Shown here: piece by piece, positions 1-12,090 of the stretch | How positions within the stretch are numbered: the stretch's first letter is position 1 | Layout of the letters: every line of letters starts with the position of its first letter | From: Octopus sinensis | Taxonomy: Eukaryota | Length of the DNA stretch: 50,331 nt | Assembly (NCBI RefSeq): GCF_006345805.1 | Contig: NW_021834926.1 | Coordinates: forward strand, 1-50,331 | Direction of reading: 5' to 3' | Position numbers and translations under genes: made by a program | Notes under the pieces: model-generated | Seen by the model: the letters and a program-made list of their open reading frames with translations, nothing else | What the model was told of the DNA's origin: nothing | Database searches by the model: none

Positions 1-58
1 CAAGGGGGCGATAAAATATCTAAGGGGGCGATGAACAAAAAAAGGTTGAGAATGCCTG
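1..58. mobile_element. Terminal end of a hAT (Buster/Charlie-type) element, rest outside the window
   Basis: Ends GGTTGAGAATGCCTG (rc CAGGCATTCTCAACC, similar to the hAT end at 37414). Has subterminal GGGGGCGAT repeats and is followed by the 8-mer CGTTATAT (nnnTAnnn target pattern). The paralog at 12855 lacks it. Confidence 0.7.
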
Positions 59-241
59 CGTTATATGACGGAATTGATTCCAGCAAACACAAGATCATCA
101 GTGTGAAAAACGATCAGTATTTTTTAGGAGAAAATGGTGAGATTGTACCAAAAAAGTTTATTTTGTAACTTTTAGAAACGAAAAGATTTTTATAATAATT
201 GTCATAAGATATAGCGTCCGGGCCAGTTCTAAGTCTCCGGA

Positions 242-490
242 GTGATAATTGATGAAACAGATATCCGAAGGAAAAGTTTTGTAGTGATTCTAATTGGAAG
301 CATTCGCTTTCCAACAAAATCCTATTTGGTTGAATGCAAACCACTGAAAAATCATGCCAATGCTGCTATCATCTGCCAAATAATAGATGACGTCATTAGA
401 GAAATGAAGATTATTCGTGACAATTTTTATCTGTTAATCCCAGATGCCGCTCCTTATATGATTTCTGGTGATATAAAAGTATCTAAATAA
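242..490 (+). pseudogene. hAT-like (DUF659/CGGBP-type) transposase fragment
   Basis: IIDETDIRRKSFVVILIG...FYLLIPDAAPYMI resembles the DET and DAAPYM catalytic-region motifs. Second copy at ~13002-13239. Confidence 0.6.
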
Positions 491-1250
491 ATAGGCGTTA
501 AAACTTTAATGGTCATGTATAAAGTAGCGGAAATTATTGAAAAAGTACATTTTAGTCGACTAAAGAAATTGAAAAAATAATTTTTAATATTTTAAAATTG
601 TTTCTAAATAAAAAATTCAAGTTAAACGATAAAACGTAAGTCAGGTGAAAAATGCGTTATGTTTGTTTTTTGTGGATAAAAAAATGAATTTTCACCGAAA
701 AAAAAGACATTTAGTTATTTAATTATTGTTGTAAATTTTTTAAAAGCGGCTCATGTCTGGACGGTGACATCAATTTTGAAACAAATGTCAAATTTTCCAA
801 ACATCAAAAAGATAGTTCTCGATGCCAGAAAAAATGCATTAACTTGTAAAAATCCACCTTTTTGTGATGTTGGTGCAATGCGATATAGCAAGAGAGTAGA
901 CACGCAGCAAAACAGAGAGTATCAAGACTTCATTTTACTAGATGTCTCCTACTGATAAATTTTAGTTTTATTTGGTCCTTTTTTAATTCTTCGTGATTTT
1001 TAATAGATTTCTTGTTGATAGATAAATCAAAATAAAGATTGAGTAAACAAATTCAAAAAGGTATACAAAAAACAATATAAAAATGTCAAATTAATAAGAA
1101 ATTGAGTTTGAAGGAATAAAATTAAAATAAATGATAAAAATGATAAAATTTCAAATTCTGAAATCAGGAAATGAAAGTTCATAATGATTTATTCCTTACA
1201 AATCAAATTAAATAAGAATGTAGCAACAACACATAAACTATCATCTAAAA

Positions 1251-2695
1251 CGGGGGTGTCAAAGATACGGCCCCCGGGCCAGAGCTGGCCCGCGGACGAT
1301 CTCAAATGGCCCGCGGTAAAAGTTTAAAAGTGTATTTAAAATCTAAATTTATTGTTTAACACCAAATAAAAATACAAGAATCTAGATTCTAGAATATAAA
1401 TAAAGATAAAAAAATTATTACTTAAAAAATAATTAATTGTTTAATAATTTTATTTAAATGAATATATTTTTAAATTTATATTATTCTAATTGTTTTTCTT
1501 GTCTTGTGTTGATGCCTTTTTCAACAAAACGTAAAGTTGATACAGAATGCAGATCTTCTCAAAAAAGTGGAAACTGGAATATTTCTTTGCCGATTTAAAT
1601 CGGAAACCTACTTGTTTGGTCTGTAGACAAGAAATTTCAGTTGTCAAAGAATATAACATTCGACGACATTACCAAACCCACCATGCTCATGAATACAATA
1701 ATTTGATGGGAAAAATTAGAAAAGAGAAGTACGATGCACTACTTGCATGTTTGCGGAATCACCAATCTTCTTTTTCCAAATTTCGAGATGATAGTAGGCA
1801 GCTGGTTAAGTCGAGGTTTGATATTGGAGAGATTTTTCGATTTAAAAGAAGAAATCAAACACTTCATGTTTGCAAAAAACAAACCCTTACCAGAATTGGA
1901 ATCTCTTGATTGGTTGCTAGACTTGGGATATTACAGAACACCTGAACACGCTTAACAAAAATTTGCAAGGACGAAATAAAGTTGTTGCACAATATTTCGA
2001 ATGCATACAAGCTTTCACCATGAAGCTAATGTTATGGGAGACACAATTGACAGTGGGAAACACTGAGCATTTTTCTTGATTAAAAAGTGTAATTTCCCCC
2101 ACATCGAATGTTGATATGAGTCGTTATAAAGTGAAAATAACAGGATTACTTCAACAGTTTGAGACACGTTTTGAAATTTTTCGTGAACTTGAAAAAGAAT
2201 TTATTGTTTTTCGATCACCATTCACTGCAAATATTACACATCTTGCAGCTAACTTACAATTGGAAATTTTTGATTTGAAATGTGACTCAGATCTGAAGAA
2301 TAATTTTACCATAGTGGGCTTAGACACCTTTTATAAATATCTCTTGCCGAAGTATCCCAACTTAACAGCTTTAACTACGAAAATCTTGTCAATGTTTGGA
2401 AGTACATATCTATGTGAACAACTTTTGTCCTTAATGAACATAAACAAAACAAAATTTCGATCAAGGCTCACCCACACTCATCTAAGTGAGATTCTAACTC
2501 AGGATTTCACTCCAGATATTGACGCTATTATGAAGAAAAAAAGATGTTAAGTTTCTGGAACATATTTTAATTATAAAAATTAATAAATGTGTTGTTAAAT
2601 GATTTTAAATTAAAATTATAAATTAAATAGTCTGGCCCGCGGAGCCTAAAATTTATTTAATCCGGCCCGCGGAAGAAATGAGTTTAACACCCCTG
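1251..2695 (+). mobile_element. Internally deleted hAT transposon, SPIN/GTF2IRD2-like
   Basis: TIRs CGGGGGTGTCAAA / TTTAACACCCCTG, subterminal GGCCCGCGG motifs and an 8-bp TSD ATCTAAAA (1243-1250, 2696-2703). Frameshifted transposase 1512-2550 includes KRKVD..W.LEYFF..CLVC..VKEYNIRRHY and FGSTYLCEQ. Confidence 0.93.
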
Positions 2696-2902
2696 ATCTA
2701 AAATATATGGAATAAAAACCAACTAAGCCAACCACGTGTATCAGCGTGTTATAATTTATTAGGCTTACCTTTAAAAATAGGTTAACCATAGGTAATAATT
2801 TTAATAAATATAAATTTTATTTATATTTTCAAGTAGATTCTCCTACCAATGTCATTATCTTACGCAGATGACATTATTATTGCTTCTAAACATGCAGCCT
2901 AC

Positions 2903-3353
2903 TGTACAACTGAAACTGGACTCATTCCATAGAAGGCAACTAAGAAGCTTACTCGGAATGGAGTGGCCACGTCGAATATCAACCAATGGTATCTACAACA
3001 AGTGTATGTGCTCCTGCATCAGCGGGGATGTGGTAGATGCCCGGTGGAGGCTATTCGGGCATGTACTAAAAATGAACCCGGACGCACCCGCTAACAAAGC
3101 TATGGAAGACTACTTCGACAGATGCGACATACCCTTCCGCGGACGACCTAGATCGACACTTCCAACTGCCTTAAACAAAGACCTACATCGAGTGAGGAAA
3201 AACCTAAAGACGGGGGACGACCTGGACGAATTGAGATCACTCGCATACGACAGAGGAAAATGGAAAAAACTAACCTTAAATATCGTTACATTGAGTGTTG
3301 CACATGCAGGGCTATAAACATTATGGCTTTCGTGAAAGTGCTATAATAATAAT
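2903..3353 (+). mobile_element. 5'-truncated RTE-type non-LTR retrotransposon
   Basis: 13-bp TSD ACATGCAGCCTAC (2890-2902, 3354-3366), (TAA)n tail and RT C-terminal peptide LDSFHRRQLR..RWRLFGHVLKM..RGRPRSTL. The site is empty in the paralog (~14155). Confidence 0.92.
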
Positions 3354-3479
3354 ACATGCAGCCTACATATCAGCCTCAAAGATGGACTAATTAATATTTA
3401 TTTTTTATATAATTTTTTTTATCGCAACAGAATGGAGGAGAGTTCAAAACAGCCCTTCGAAATGTTTGCCTCGACACAC

Positions 3480-4130
3480 AACCCGACCTCCCATTTAATA
3501 ATTAGGTAATCCCCGTTCTCACTTTAGTAATCTCCGAATCTCCCATAAAAAGTTACTCAGTCTCCTTTCCGACACGAAAAATGACCCCGAGGACATTTTA
3601 GGACGTTCAAAGAATACCTTGGATTCCTCTACAGATTCATATTCGACCCCGACCGCTCATCGTCAGTCTCCAACAGCAAACTGATCAGTTCTATTCCCTT
3701 CAAGTGGAGTCAGTCATTGGTCGGCGAGTCTTCCATGTTAGCACGTGCACTTATAAGCAGAGAAATGACTGACAGTGCATTGTCCAAATGAGTATCAACG
3801 TCCGTTTGTGGTCCATCAACTCAGCCTGTCTGCTTCTCTGTCATCTCAAATCCTATGAGTAGACCTGTCCTCTCACTCCCAGTCCACCAGTCGAGCATAT
3901 TTTTAAGTCCGCCTTCAACCTTCTCAGAAAGTCTTCGGGAATATTCGTATTCTCGAAAGTATTATGTTGTGAAATATTGGAGAGCCTCAATACATCCGTC
4001 CCCTCTTCCACGTGCGATTCCAGTCACGTGGTCATTGATATGTATCGCTTGGGACAGTGCCATTGGAATCGAAGAATTAAATCTTTTTCTAACTTAATAA
4101 ATGTTGCAAAAAGTTGTTAATATCTTCATC
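3480..4130 (-). pseudogene. Probable intron-containing gene remnant of unknown identity (second copy ~14280-14930)
   Basis: Higher GC with protein-like minus-strand stretches (DEDINNFLQHLL, LESHVEEGTDVLRLSN..EDFLRRLKADL) separated by short GT..AG candidates and stops. Family not recognised. Confidence 0.3.
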
Positions 4131-4199
4131 ATTAAATGTTTGACCAATTGAGAGGAATTCGGAATGTTGTAATAATTTCTTTAATGAAAAAAAATTAAA

Positions 4200-4270
4200 A
4201 TTATTAAATTTTTTTCGACCCTCTCACGATCAATCTGTCTTGATTTTCGACCCCAGGTTCAGAACCGCTG
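4200..4270. mobile_element. Right end of a non-autonomous hAT element (copy ends at 15070)
   Basis: GGTTCAGAACCGCTG (rc CAGCGGTTCTGAACC) followed by the 8-mer GTTTAGAC (nnnTAnnn). Left end not found. Confidence 0.55.
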
Positions 4271-4399
4271 GTTTAGACAGATATATGGTCTTAACGTCAA
4301 AATCGATATAAAAATTGTCAAAATTGAACTGAAAATGGTGAGACTAAGTCAACGTTAATGAATGAATTTTTTTATTAAAACGGAAAAGTCAAAAAAAGT

Positions 4400-4476
4400 C
4401 GGAAATTAATTGATAGTATGCCTAAAAGGTCATACGAGCTATTTATCAATCGAGGATACTACAAAACATACTAACT
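4400..4476 (+). pseudogene. Tc1 transposase C-terminal remnant
   Basis: KLIDSMPKRSYELFINRGYYTKH resembles the Tc1 C-terminus L..SMP.R...VI..KG..TKY. Confidence 0.5.
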
Positions 4477-4964
4477 GTTGATTTTGTTAACTCTTTTTGT
4501 TAAAACCGGTTTTTTATTCACATGCTAAAATTTAAAATTTTTAACTTTTCGCTGATCATTAAAATTTTTTAAGAGTAAAAAAATTATGCATATAATCAAC
4601 TTCAAACTCTTTATTTCATCTGGAAAATTAATAAAAGATTCAGGGTAGGAAAAATTTCGCCGAAACTATTAATCCGTTGGATATTGAAGAATTTTTTGCA
4701 AATGAATATGCTAAAAATGATACAATAGAAGAAATGGAAAATTACGGAAAATTGAAGATGAAAATGATGAAAATATAAATGATTTAAGATTTTTTTTATT
4801 TCAGCCTCAACTGCCTCTACTCTGAGAATGATGAAAGAATTGCTTTCCAAAACAGTCGAGTGGGAACGAAACAGAGAATGCATACGAGTCTCCAAAGGAG
4901 TATGGCGCGAACTCAGTAGGTCAGCACAATTGCCGACACTACATTGAGGAGAAAACGATGACAA

Positions 4965-5402
4965 ATAGTAAAAAAGGCTTATCCCAAATTGGCCATCAAA
5001 TTCCATCCCGATCATAATAAGGCGGCCAATGCTACTGAAAAAACTAAAGAGATCAACAAAGCCTATGAAACCATAAAAGACCGGGAATCGAGGAATAAAT
5101 ACAAATTAGAAAAGGGCACCACAAAGTCGTACAAGGACGCCAATTACTACGATCAAGAAGAGTTCGAATTTTCCAATTTCTTCCTTCTTAGTCGCAAGGA
5201 TCGCACAAATTTGAAAAATGCAAAGAATCGGATGAACGAATTCAGTCGGAACATCCACAAATTAAATTTGTCTCGATTTATGATGTTTGAGGACGACAAT
5301 CTCCCGCAATGCACGTCGTTTTACAGCAGAGATGCTTCCAACTCTGTCGACAGAGTTTTCGACCATTTCTTTAACCCCCAAACTAAACCGATCCGATCTT
5401 AA
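4965..5402 (+). pseudogene. DnaJ/Hsp40 J-domain protein, 5'-truncated copy 1
   Basis: KKAY.KLAIKFHPDHNK...KEINKAYETIKD (HPD motif). Helix I is missing and no introns are seen. Confidence 0.8.
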
Positions 5403-6210
5403 CTTACTTTCTATATAAACACTAATTTTCAATTATTTCCGTGTATTCAGATTTTTCTCTCATTGGGCCACTCAGCTGATTCTATTACTAACACTGAACT
5501 GACTCACGATCTGACACTCTACTATTGCTCGATCACTCAACGGACTAAAATGGCGAAATTATAAACCAATTGTCTTTTAATGTAAATTTATCCGAAACAT
5601 TTGCTGTTGGTCTTCCAAGAATTGTAACATTGCACTTTGATTATTGACTTTTTAATTTTGCGCGTAAATGCGTAGGCTATTTACCGAAAATATATAGTAT
5701 TGTGTCTATCTAATTCGGTTGTTTATTGATAATTATTTAATTGAATGTTTAACTAATCGAGTAATAGTTTTCAGGTTTCTTTCTAAAATTTTTTTTAATC
5801 AGTAATGTTTTATCAGCAAAATCAAGTTAACTTCCGGCCAGGCGGATAGCTTGCGCGTTGCCGGGCACGATCCAAACGAGATCCTCTGTTTCAGTCAGGA
5901 TTCGTGTGAATTCATCTTCTTCCAAGCGATAAGGAAGCTGACGTCTTTTAGTAATTTCGATGTTTGTAAATTAAAGCTTCCATAAGTCTCGAGTATCAGA
6001 GGAACGCAAGGGACGTCGGCCTCCTTATCGTTCGGAGCAAGATGGATGTTGGACGGCGAGTTTTTTGCTTTACGGTCCTGTAGAGTTCCGACAAGGAAAA
6101 AGAAATTTGAAAATAATTAAATTGTCGACAAACAAAGGTTCATGAATTCGCATTATCCCTTGTAAATAAGACAGAAAAAAAAGGATTAAAAAACAGCCTG
6201 TCTGATAATA

Positions 6211-8061
6211 TGTGACATGGGCGGCTGGATACGTATGGGCAACCGGTTACCTGACGTGACCTTGAAGCTTAACTTAATGTCAATATTGTAATTAATATTA
6301 AACTTCAAAGAATAATAACTTGTTAATTATTTTTTAAGTCTGGACATTGGCACAATCGAAATTTTGCTCATCGAATTTTTTATCTATTAAATTTAAATGT
6401 TTAAACTACCTCAACGCGATTGTTCGATAAAATACTGATAATTTCTGCAGATGGATAATATGGAGATTCAAACTTATCCAGTCGCAACGAAGGATTTGTT
6501 CCAAAGTCTTTTTTAACTCGAACCTAAACATTAATTTTTATGCATACCTTATCACCAACACTAAATTCATACTTACTATTGTGAACATTCATTTTTCTGT
6601 TCATCGCTTTGTAATAATTAGAATTAGGATCAATGGGGTTGATTTCGAACTGAAATCTTTTCGGACTTGTAAACGAATAATTACAGTCATCTACATATAG
6701 AAATTCAAATTACATGAATTTTCAATTGGACTCGGACAATTGTTTGCATCATCGACTTGATCAGGACTCAACAAATCATTACTTGAATTATCTAAGGAAT
6801 AATTTTATAATTACAACCATAAAATATTGTATTTATTCCACTTATTCCCCGGTATCTTTCAAAAGGGCTCTCATTAGAAGATGAGTGGACAGAAATGTTA
6901 TAACTGTACACTGCATTTTCTAATTTTTCCAGCCACTTTTTATTATCATTGTCGATCATTTTTGCCATTTTTCTTGTAATTGACTGGTTGAAGCGTTCGA
7001 CAATCCCTTGTGAGCGGGGATTGTTTGGCCTTCCGTGAATTCGTTTGATATTGAATTCCTCACATAGATTGGTCATTTCACGATTCTTGAATTCAGTCCC
7101 ATTATCGGACTGAAGAAATTGACACGGACCATTTAAGAAAAATAATGATCTAAGGTTTTCACAAACTTCATTTGAGGACTTAGTGTAGAGCGGCCTCGCA
7201 AATGCAAATCTATAAAAATTGATAAAAAAACTAACCTGCTATATACGTCAATGACCGTTAAAATCCATTTAAAATTTTTATTTATAGTAGAAAAACTTTT
7301 CAGATCTATAAGATCTATCTGAAATCTTTCATTTGGGCAAGATGCAAAGACATGGTTATTTATATCTCCAATCTAAGATTTAAAAAAGTTAAAACTTTTA
7401 AGGGTCGCGCAAATTTACAAATTTCACAGTTTCGAATGACTTTTCGAATAATCTCGTTTTTAACTGTGAAATATCGTTGTCGACATTCATATTCAATTTT
7501 GTTAACTCCTCCATGCGAGAAGTCATGCAAACTTTTAGCAACGATCTCCATTTCGGGTTCATTGTCTAGACAAATCACTAGCTTGTGATCTGAATTCGCA
7601 CATTTAAGATACAATCTATACATTTACAATTTGTATGATACCTTTCATTAATTACAGTAAAATTTTCAATTTTCTTAACTAGTCTATATTTTTTTTGCTT
7701 TGTAAGATATTCAGGAAATTTATCCTGTAAAGCATCTTTTAAAATTTGATATTCCAAACTATTCTTTACATAACCTTTGTACGAGGACATTGCTGCAAAT
7801 ATACTTGCACGCTAGAAATAATTCAAGAAATTTAGGTTTTCCACCAAAAAAAATTAATTTCTGATAATTAAATTCCTATAAATATAATTTTTTGTCAAAA
7901 TGAGAGAGTCTTTAGCTAATTTAGTAAATTATTAAATGATAAGAATGAGTCGCGGTCTAATTAAAAGATTTATAATTTAATCCCATCAATGTCATAATTG
8001 TACATTTCAAGGTCACGTCAGGTATCGCGCAAACCATAGGTATCGCGCAAACCATGTCACA
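6211..8061 (-). mobile_element. Ginger-type DNA transposon, full length (1851 bp), asymmetric 56-bp TIRs
   Basis: TGTGAC termini and TIR architecture 6+17+1+17+15 nt at both ends. Encodes a gypsy-like integrase with introns and no RT or gag. Flanks TAATA / GAATA are not a perfect TSD. Confidence 0.88.
6327..7790 (-). CDS. Ginger transposase (HHCC Zn finger + DDE integrase core + C-terminal PY-type module), 7 introns of 23-26 nt, frame intact after splicing
   Basis: Manual splicing gives a continuous ORF: LHDFSHGG..CEICK, ERFQIDLIDL, QSDNGTEF, GRPNNPRSQGIVERFNQS, DKFESPYY, SRLKK-stop. Confidence 0.85.
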
Positions 8062-9110
8062 GAATACCTCCACTCCTATGGAATTGTCCACAGAGATCTG
8101 AAGCCGGACAAGTTGTTGTTTGAGATTACCGTAGTCTGCCGATTACTGCAAAGGGACATATAAAACTCACTGATTTTGGACTGTCCAAGATTGGGCTGAT
8201 TAACAGTGCCATTGTCCAGAACTGCGAGAAGTCGATCGTCCAGAACTGTCAGGAGTTTAACGACATGCAAGTGTTTGGGACACCGGAATATATTGCCCCC
8301 GAAGTGATACTTCAGACAGGATATGGTTGAGGACTTGCTGTCTGACCAATTCAGGAAAGCCGGTCGATTTGTGGTCACTGGGGATTATTCTTTTTGAATT
8401 TCTCGTGGGGACTGTTCCCTACTTTGGAGAAACTCCCGAAGAACTGTTTTCCCATGTCTTCAATGGTTGTTTATTCACGTGATGAGTAGAAACATTTGAG
8501 TGGCCCTCCGAGGCTAATCTGCCCGTGGAAGCAGTGGATATTGTCAACCGACTGCTTCAGCATGACCCAGTAAAGAGGTTGCGCACTGCCGGACTCGACG
8601 AGGTCACAACATTCATTTTTAATGTCCAAGATCAAAGAACACTCTTTTTTTCATTCGTTGGATTGGAGTGCACTTTTGTGTCAGAAGGTGAGTTATATTC
8701 CCAGTATCAGTGAGGACGATGACGTCAGTCTCCAACACCTCAAAGACGAAAAACGTTTCCAGACTGCGTAGGAATATGGTCATTCACCGTGGACTATGGG
8801 GATTTGGCTTTCGTGTTTTGGCCCTCCCTAAACGCTCGTCTGAATATCTTAAGCACGTGATTGATGTTCACTAATATGTATAATATGAGTAGTCTGTGAG
8901 TGGACCGGCTGTTGATGTTGGTCTTAAAGTTGGGACTGTCATAACGCATATCAACGTGACGGACATTACTCGAATGTCCCATGTTGATGTTGTACGTATT
9001 TTGATGAAGAATGGTCCTGTGGTTGGTCTATGTTGTGACTCTCAGTTGAGTCTGTCTATAATCGAGAAGCATAATTCGAGGAGGAATCATTTATATCTTT
9101 CTAACAGGTT
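8062..9110 (+). pseudogene. MAST: MAST-family Ser/Thr kinase with PDZ domain, 5' half missing
   Basis: [60 protein letters not shown], then a PDZ region (HRGLWGFGF..GLKVGTVITHIN). Introns are 23-29 nt and there are stops downstream of the kinase domain. Confidence 0.85.
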
Positions 9111-9117
9111 TATCAGT

Positions 9118-9330
9118 TCATTTCGGAGATGTGAAATCAAGGCGTCGAACGTTTCCGCTCTTCGAAGGAGGGTTGGAACTATTGGGGTCACTCCTGTGGT
9201 ATTCTGGTTTATGGAACTGACAGTTTGATTTCAAAGTTGGATCATCCGTCTCAGATTTGTCATATTCTGAACCAAAACTTATTGCTGAACCTAAGATTGA
9301 TGAAACGTCGTACTGCTGTGATGATTCCAA
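9118..9330 (-). CDS. Possible last exon of an unidentified convergent gene (Ser-rich)
   Basis: Open protein-like frame ESSQQYDVSSILGS..RRLDFTSPK-stop. No family recognised. Confidence 0.3.
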   Translation of the reverse strand: MESSQQYDVSSILGSAISFGSEYDKSETDDPTLKSNCQFHKPEYHRSDPNSSNPPSKSGNVRRLDFTSPK

Positions 9331-10134
9331 GCACTCTTGCTAATAGTATTGTATATATGCTTGCTTCTACTTATTTCTCTGTGTGCTAGAGCTAGTTCTT
9401 ATTACTAACCTCCACCAACTGCTTTTATTAATTTTAGAAAGAATGCTGTATCAGTCATTGTTTATTTTAGTTCTCTATTGTTGGCATGAAATTATATTAC
9501 AATTAAGTTTCTGCAACGACATATAAACTATAATTCCATTAGTGCCTCACATCTATCATTATCTTGAGGTCTTCGACATCTTTTAGTTTGGTAATTGTTT
9601 GAACTCCAGTGAGGGCACTACGTGGGCGAACTATTTTCAACGTGTTTCGTAAAATTCTTTTATGGTAATATTTGCAGGCGTGTTCTGCTCTGTTATTAAC
9701 ATTCAAAATAGAGTAGTAAGTGTGCTATTTCTTCCACAATGTTGGATTAGCCTCTTTCATTTTCATATTTTTCCAAAAAATAACTGGCATTTTCGAATTT
9801 ATTTTAACATAATTAATTCCTTTTGAATATTATCTTTTTATTCTTTTGACTTTTACAAAAAGGATTAATCATCCAAGATGGTATTTTTTATTTTTTTAAA
9901 CGGAATTTGTTTATTACGAAAAAAAGAATTCGGTCAAGTGTTCGAAAGCTTCATGGACGGGAATCCGACGCGATCGAGAAAGAATTAGAGCGTACTATCG
10001 CAAGGGATATCCGCTCGAAAAACCATCTTGATTCACGGGCGTCGCCTGTGATAGCAGATATGCGGGACCCGATTTCCTGAACGAAGCTGATTGCCTTACT
10101 AATTCAAGAATATTTGGAATTTATAATTCAAGAA

Positions 10135-11530
10135 TGTGACAGGTAAGAAGCGGAACCACGCCGGAGCCGGAACCCAAGTTCTTATTTTTAATAAACAATA
10201 ATTTTTTTGATTTAATTTTCATTGGAAAATCATAATTCGTTAATTAAATTAATTAAATATCAATAATTAATTATAAATAAATCGCATGTTACAATGGTTT
10301 TTATTGGATTATCAAAAGAAATGCTTTCAAAAATTAAAATTTATAAAAGGACTATCAAAGAAAGAACGGTTTCGCATCAGAAGCTTCTCAAAGATTTTGC
10401 AATTTGACCGAGAAAAAGTTTTTATTTTAGAAAAAGGGAATCTTTTGAGGTTCTTTGCTACTGAAGAAGCTGAATTAAAGATGAAAACTATTGAGGTAAA
10501 CTTATTGATTAGAATTTTAAGGCTGAGCACAATTCTAACCATTTTGGTAGAGATACGCTTCTTAGTCTATTATCATCTAAAATAAAATATATGGAATAAA
10601 AAGACTTGAAGTTTGTAAAGTTATCGGACAGTGCGTTTTTTGCCAGGCAAATTAAGTAATTTAATTTCTAGTCTAAACGGTTAATGGCATCCAAACCTCC
10701 CATTACACCCATAATTGCTTATGCGCCACGGGACAGATATATTGTCGATCTTGTGGATCTACGAAGGTACTAGGAAATAAACGATTCGTTCTCATGGGTT
10801 TGGCTTGCTATATATTTATAGAAAGATTGTAGTACTTATTGACTCCTTCTCCAAATTTGGTGTGGTTGAAACTGCTAAATCAAAATCTGCAATTGAAATT
10901 TCTGATATCTTAAAGGGGATTTTCTGTGTATTTGGGCCTCCAATTATATTGCACACTGACAATGGAACAGAGTTTAAAAACTCCTATTTGGATGAAGTGT
11001 GTGAACTGTTCAAAATCAAGCATATTTTTGATCGGCCACGAGCTCCTTGGGTAAAAGGTCAAGTCGAAAGGTACTTAGGAACTATCTAATTTCAAAGATT
11101 CAACCAATCCATAAAGAGATGGATATCATCAACCAGCGAATCAAACAATCTCTTCGGGCAATATCATAAAATACTGAAAAAAATTGTTTATGACTAAAAC
11201 ATGGCCGTACATGAAACAACTCAACATAAACCTTTTAAGGTGTTCATGCGCGTTGGACATAAGGATTCAAAAAGTGCGGATCTAATTGAAGCGCTTTATC
11301 AATTCGAGGGAGATGACGAAAACGAGGAAATAGATTATAAAGTCATTGAAAGTCTCAAAAAAGCGGGAGAAAAAATGAGTAAAAAAAGAAGATGGAAATT
11401 TGACGAAGAAGATATTGAAGTGGAAGACTCAGTAATTTTGAGAAACGACATCGATGCAAACAACAGAAAGTTCCCGTTATATGACGGAATATCTGCCAAA
11501 AAATATACCGTCACTGAAAAAATGGTTATT
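10135..11530 (+). mobile_element. Degenerate Ginger element, same lineage as 41655-43500
   Basis: Probable TGTGAC left end at 10135. HFGRD..C..C finger, RYIVDLVDL, TDNGTEF and GRPRAPWVKGQVER, with four introns at positions homologous to the 41655 element. Carries a stop and a frameshift. Confidence 0.8.
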
Positions 11531-11539
11531 TTTGTTCTA

Positions 11540-12090
11540 TCAAAGATGAAGTTCGTTCCCGAGGAAGTAGAAGAAAAGAAACTGTTTATTGAAAATCTCC
11601 ATTTAAAAAATGGACATCCAGGTCGAGACAAGCTGCTTTTTCTCCTTAAAGATACTGTTTATGAATCTTGTCGGAATGAGGTTATGTCAGTTCTCAAATC
11701 ATGCTGCCAATGTAACATGACACTACGAAGCATATTCCATTTAACATTTTTATGGGAGTGGGATATGAAAAAAAACTAGATGATTACATTATGCAGTCTT
11801 TATTGACTTTTACTGGTAATTATAAATTATTTTATGATAAGGAGAAAATGAATACGAAGAAGTAGATTTTGTGTATCAAGAAAGTGAAGAAGTAAATAAA
11901 ATGCAAGAAGACGTACTCAAGAATTTGAAAAGTGCAGGGGAAGATGAAAAAAGGAAATTTAATGAAGAGGAAATATCAGTTGGAGATTACGCTCTTTTAG
12001 GGATGGATTAAGATATGAATGACAACACAAGAAAATATCTTCTATATGACCAGATAGATACATCTGCATACAGACTGATAAATAAGGCAA
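11540..12090 (+). pseudogene. Two further Ginger integrase fragments (Zn-finger region; C-terminal region)
   Basis: HLKNGHPGRDKL..CCQC at 11590-11720, and a decayed KNLKSAGE..EISVGDYALL..RKYLLYD at 11880-12070. Confidence 0.6.

Larger units (their letters stand above)
59..5972 (+). repeat. Segmental duplication copy A (paralog at 12855-17772)
   Basis: Near-identical colinear blocks by eye: 59-1240 ~ 12855-13980; 2719-2902 plus 3354-4400 ~ 13983-15200; 4970-5972 ~ 16770-17772. Confidence 0.95.

Noticed and set aside
5820-6100. Possible structured ncRNA in a GC-rich patch
   Set aside because: No tRNA, snRNA or SL motifs recognised; cannot support a call.
6327-7790. LTR (gypsy) retrotransposon, suggested by the integrase
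   Set aside because: No LTR, gag, protease or RT. TIRs and spliceosomal introns indicate a Ginger DNA transposon.
9900-10080. GC-rich coding-like patch
   Set aside because: Short and with no recognisable motif.
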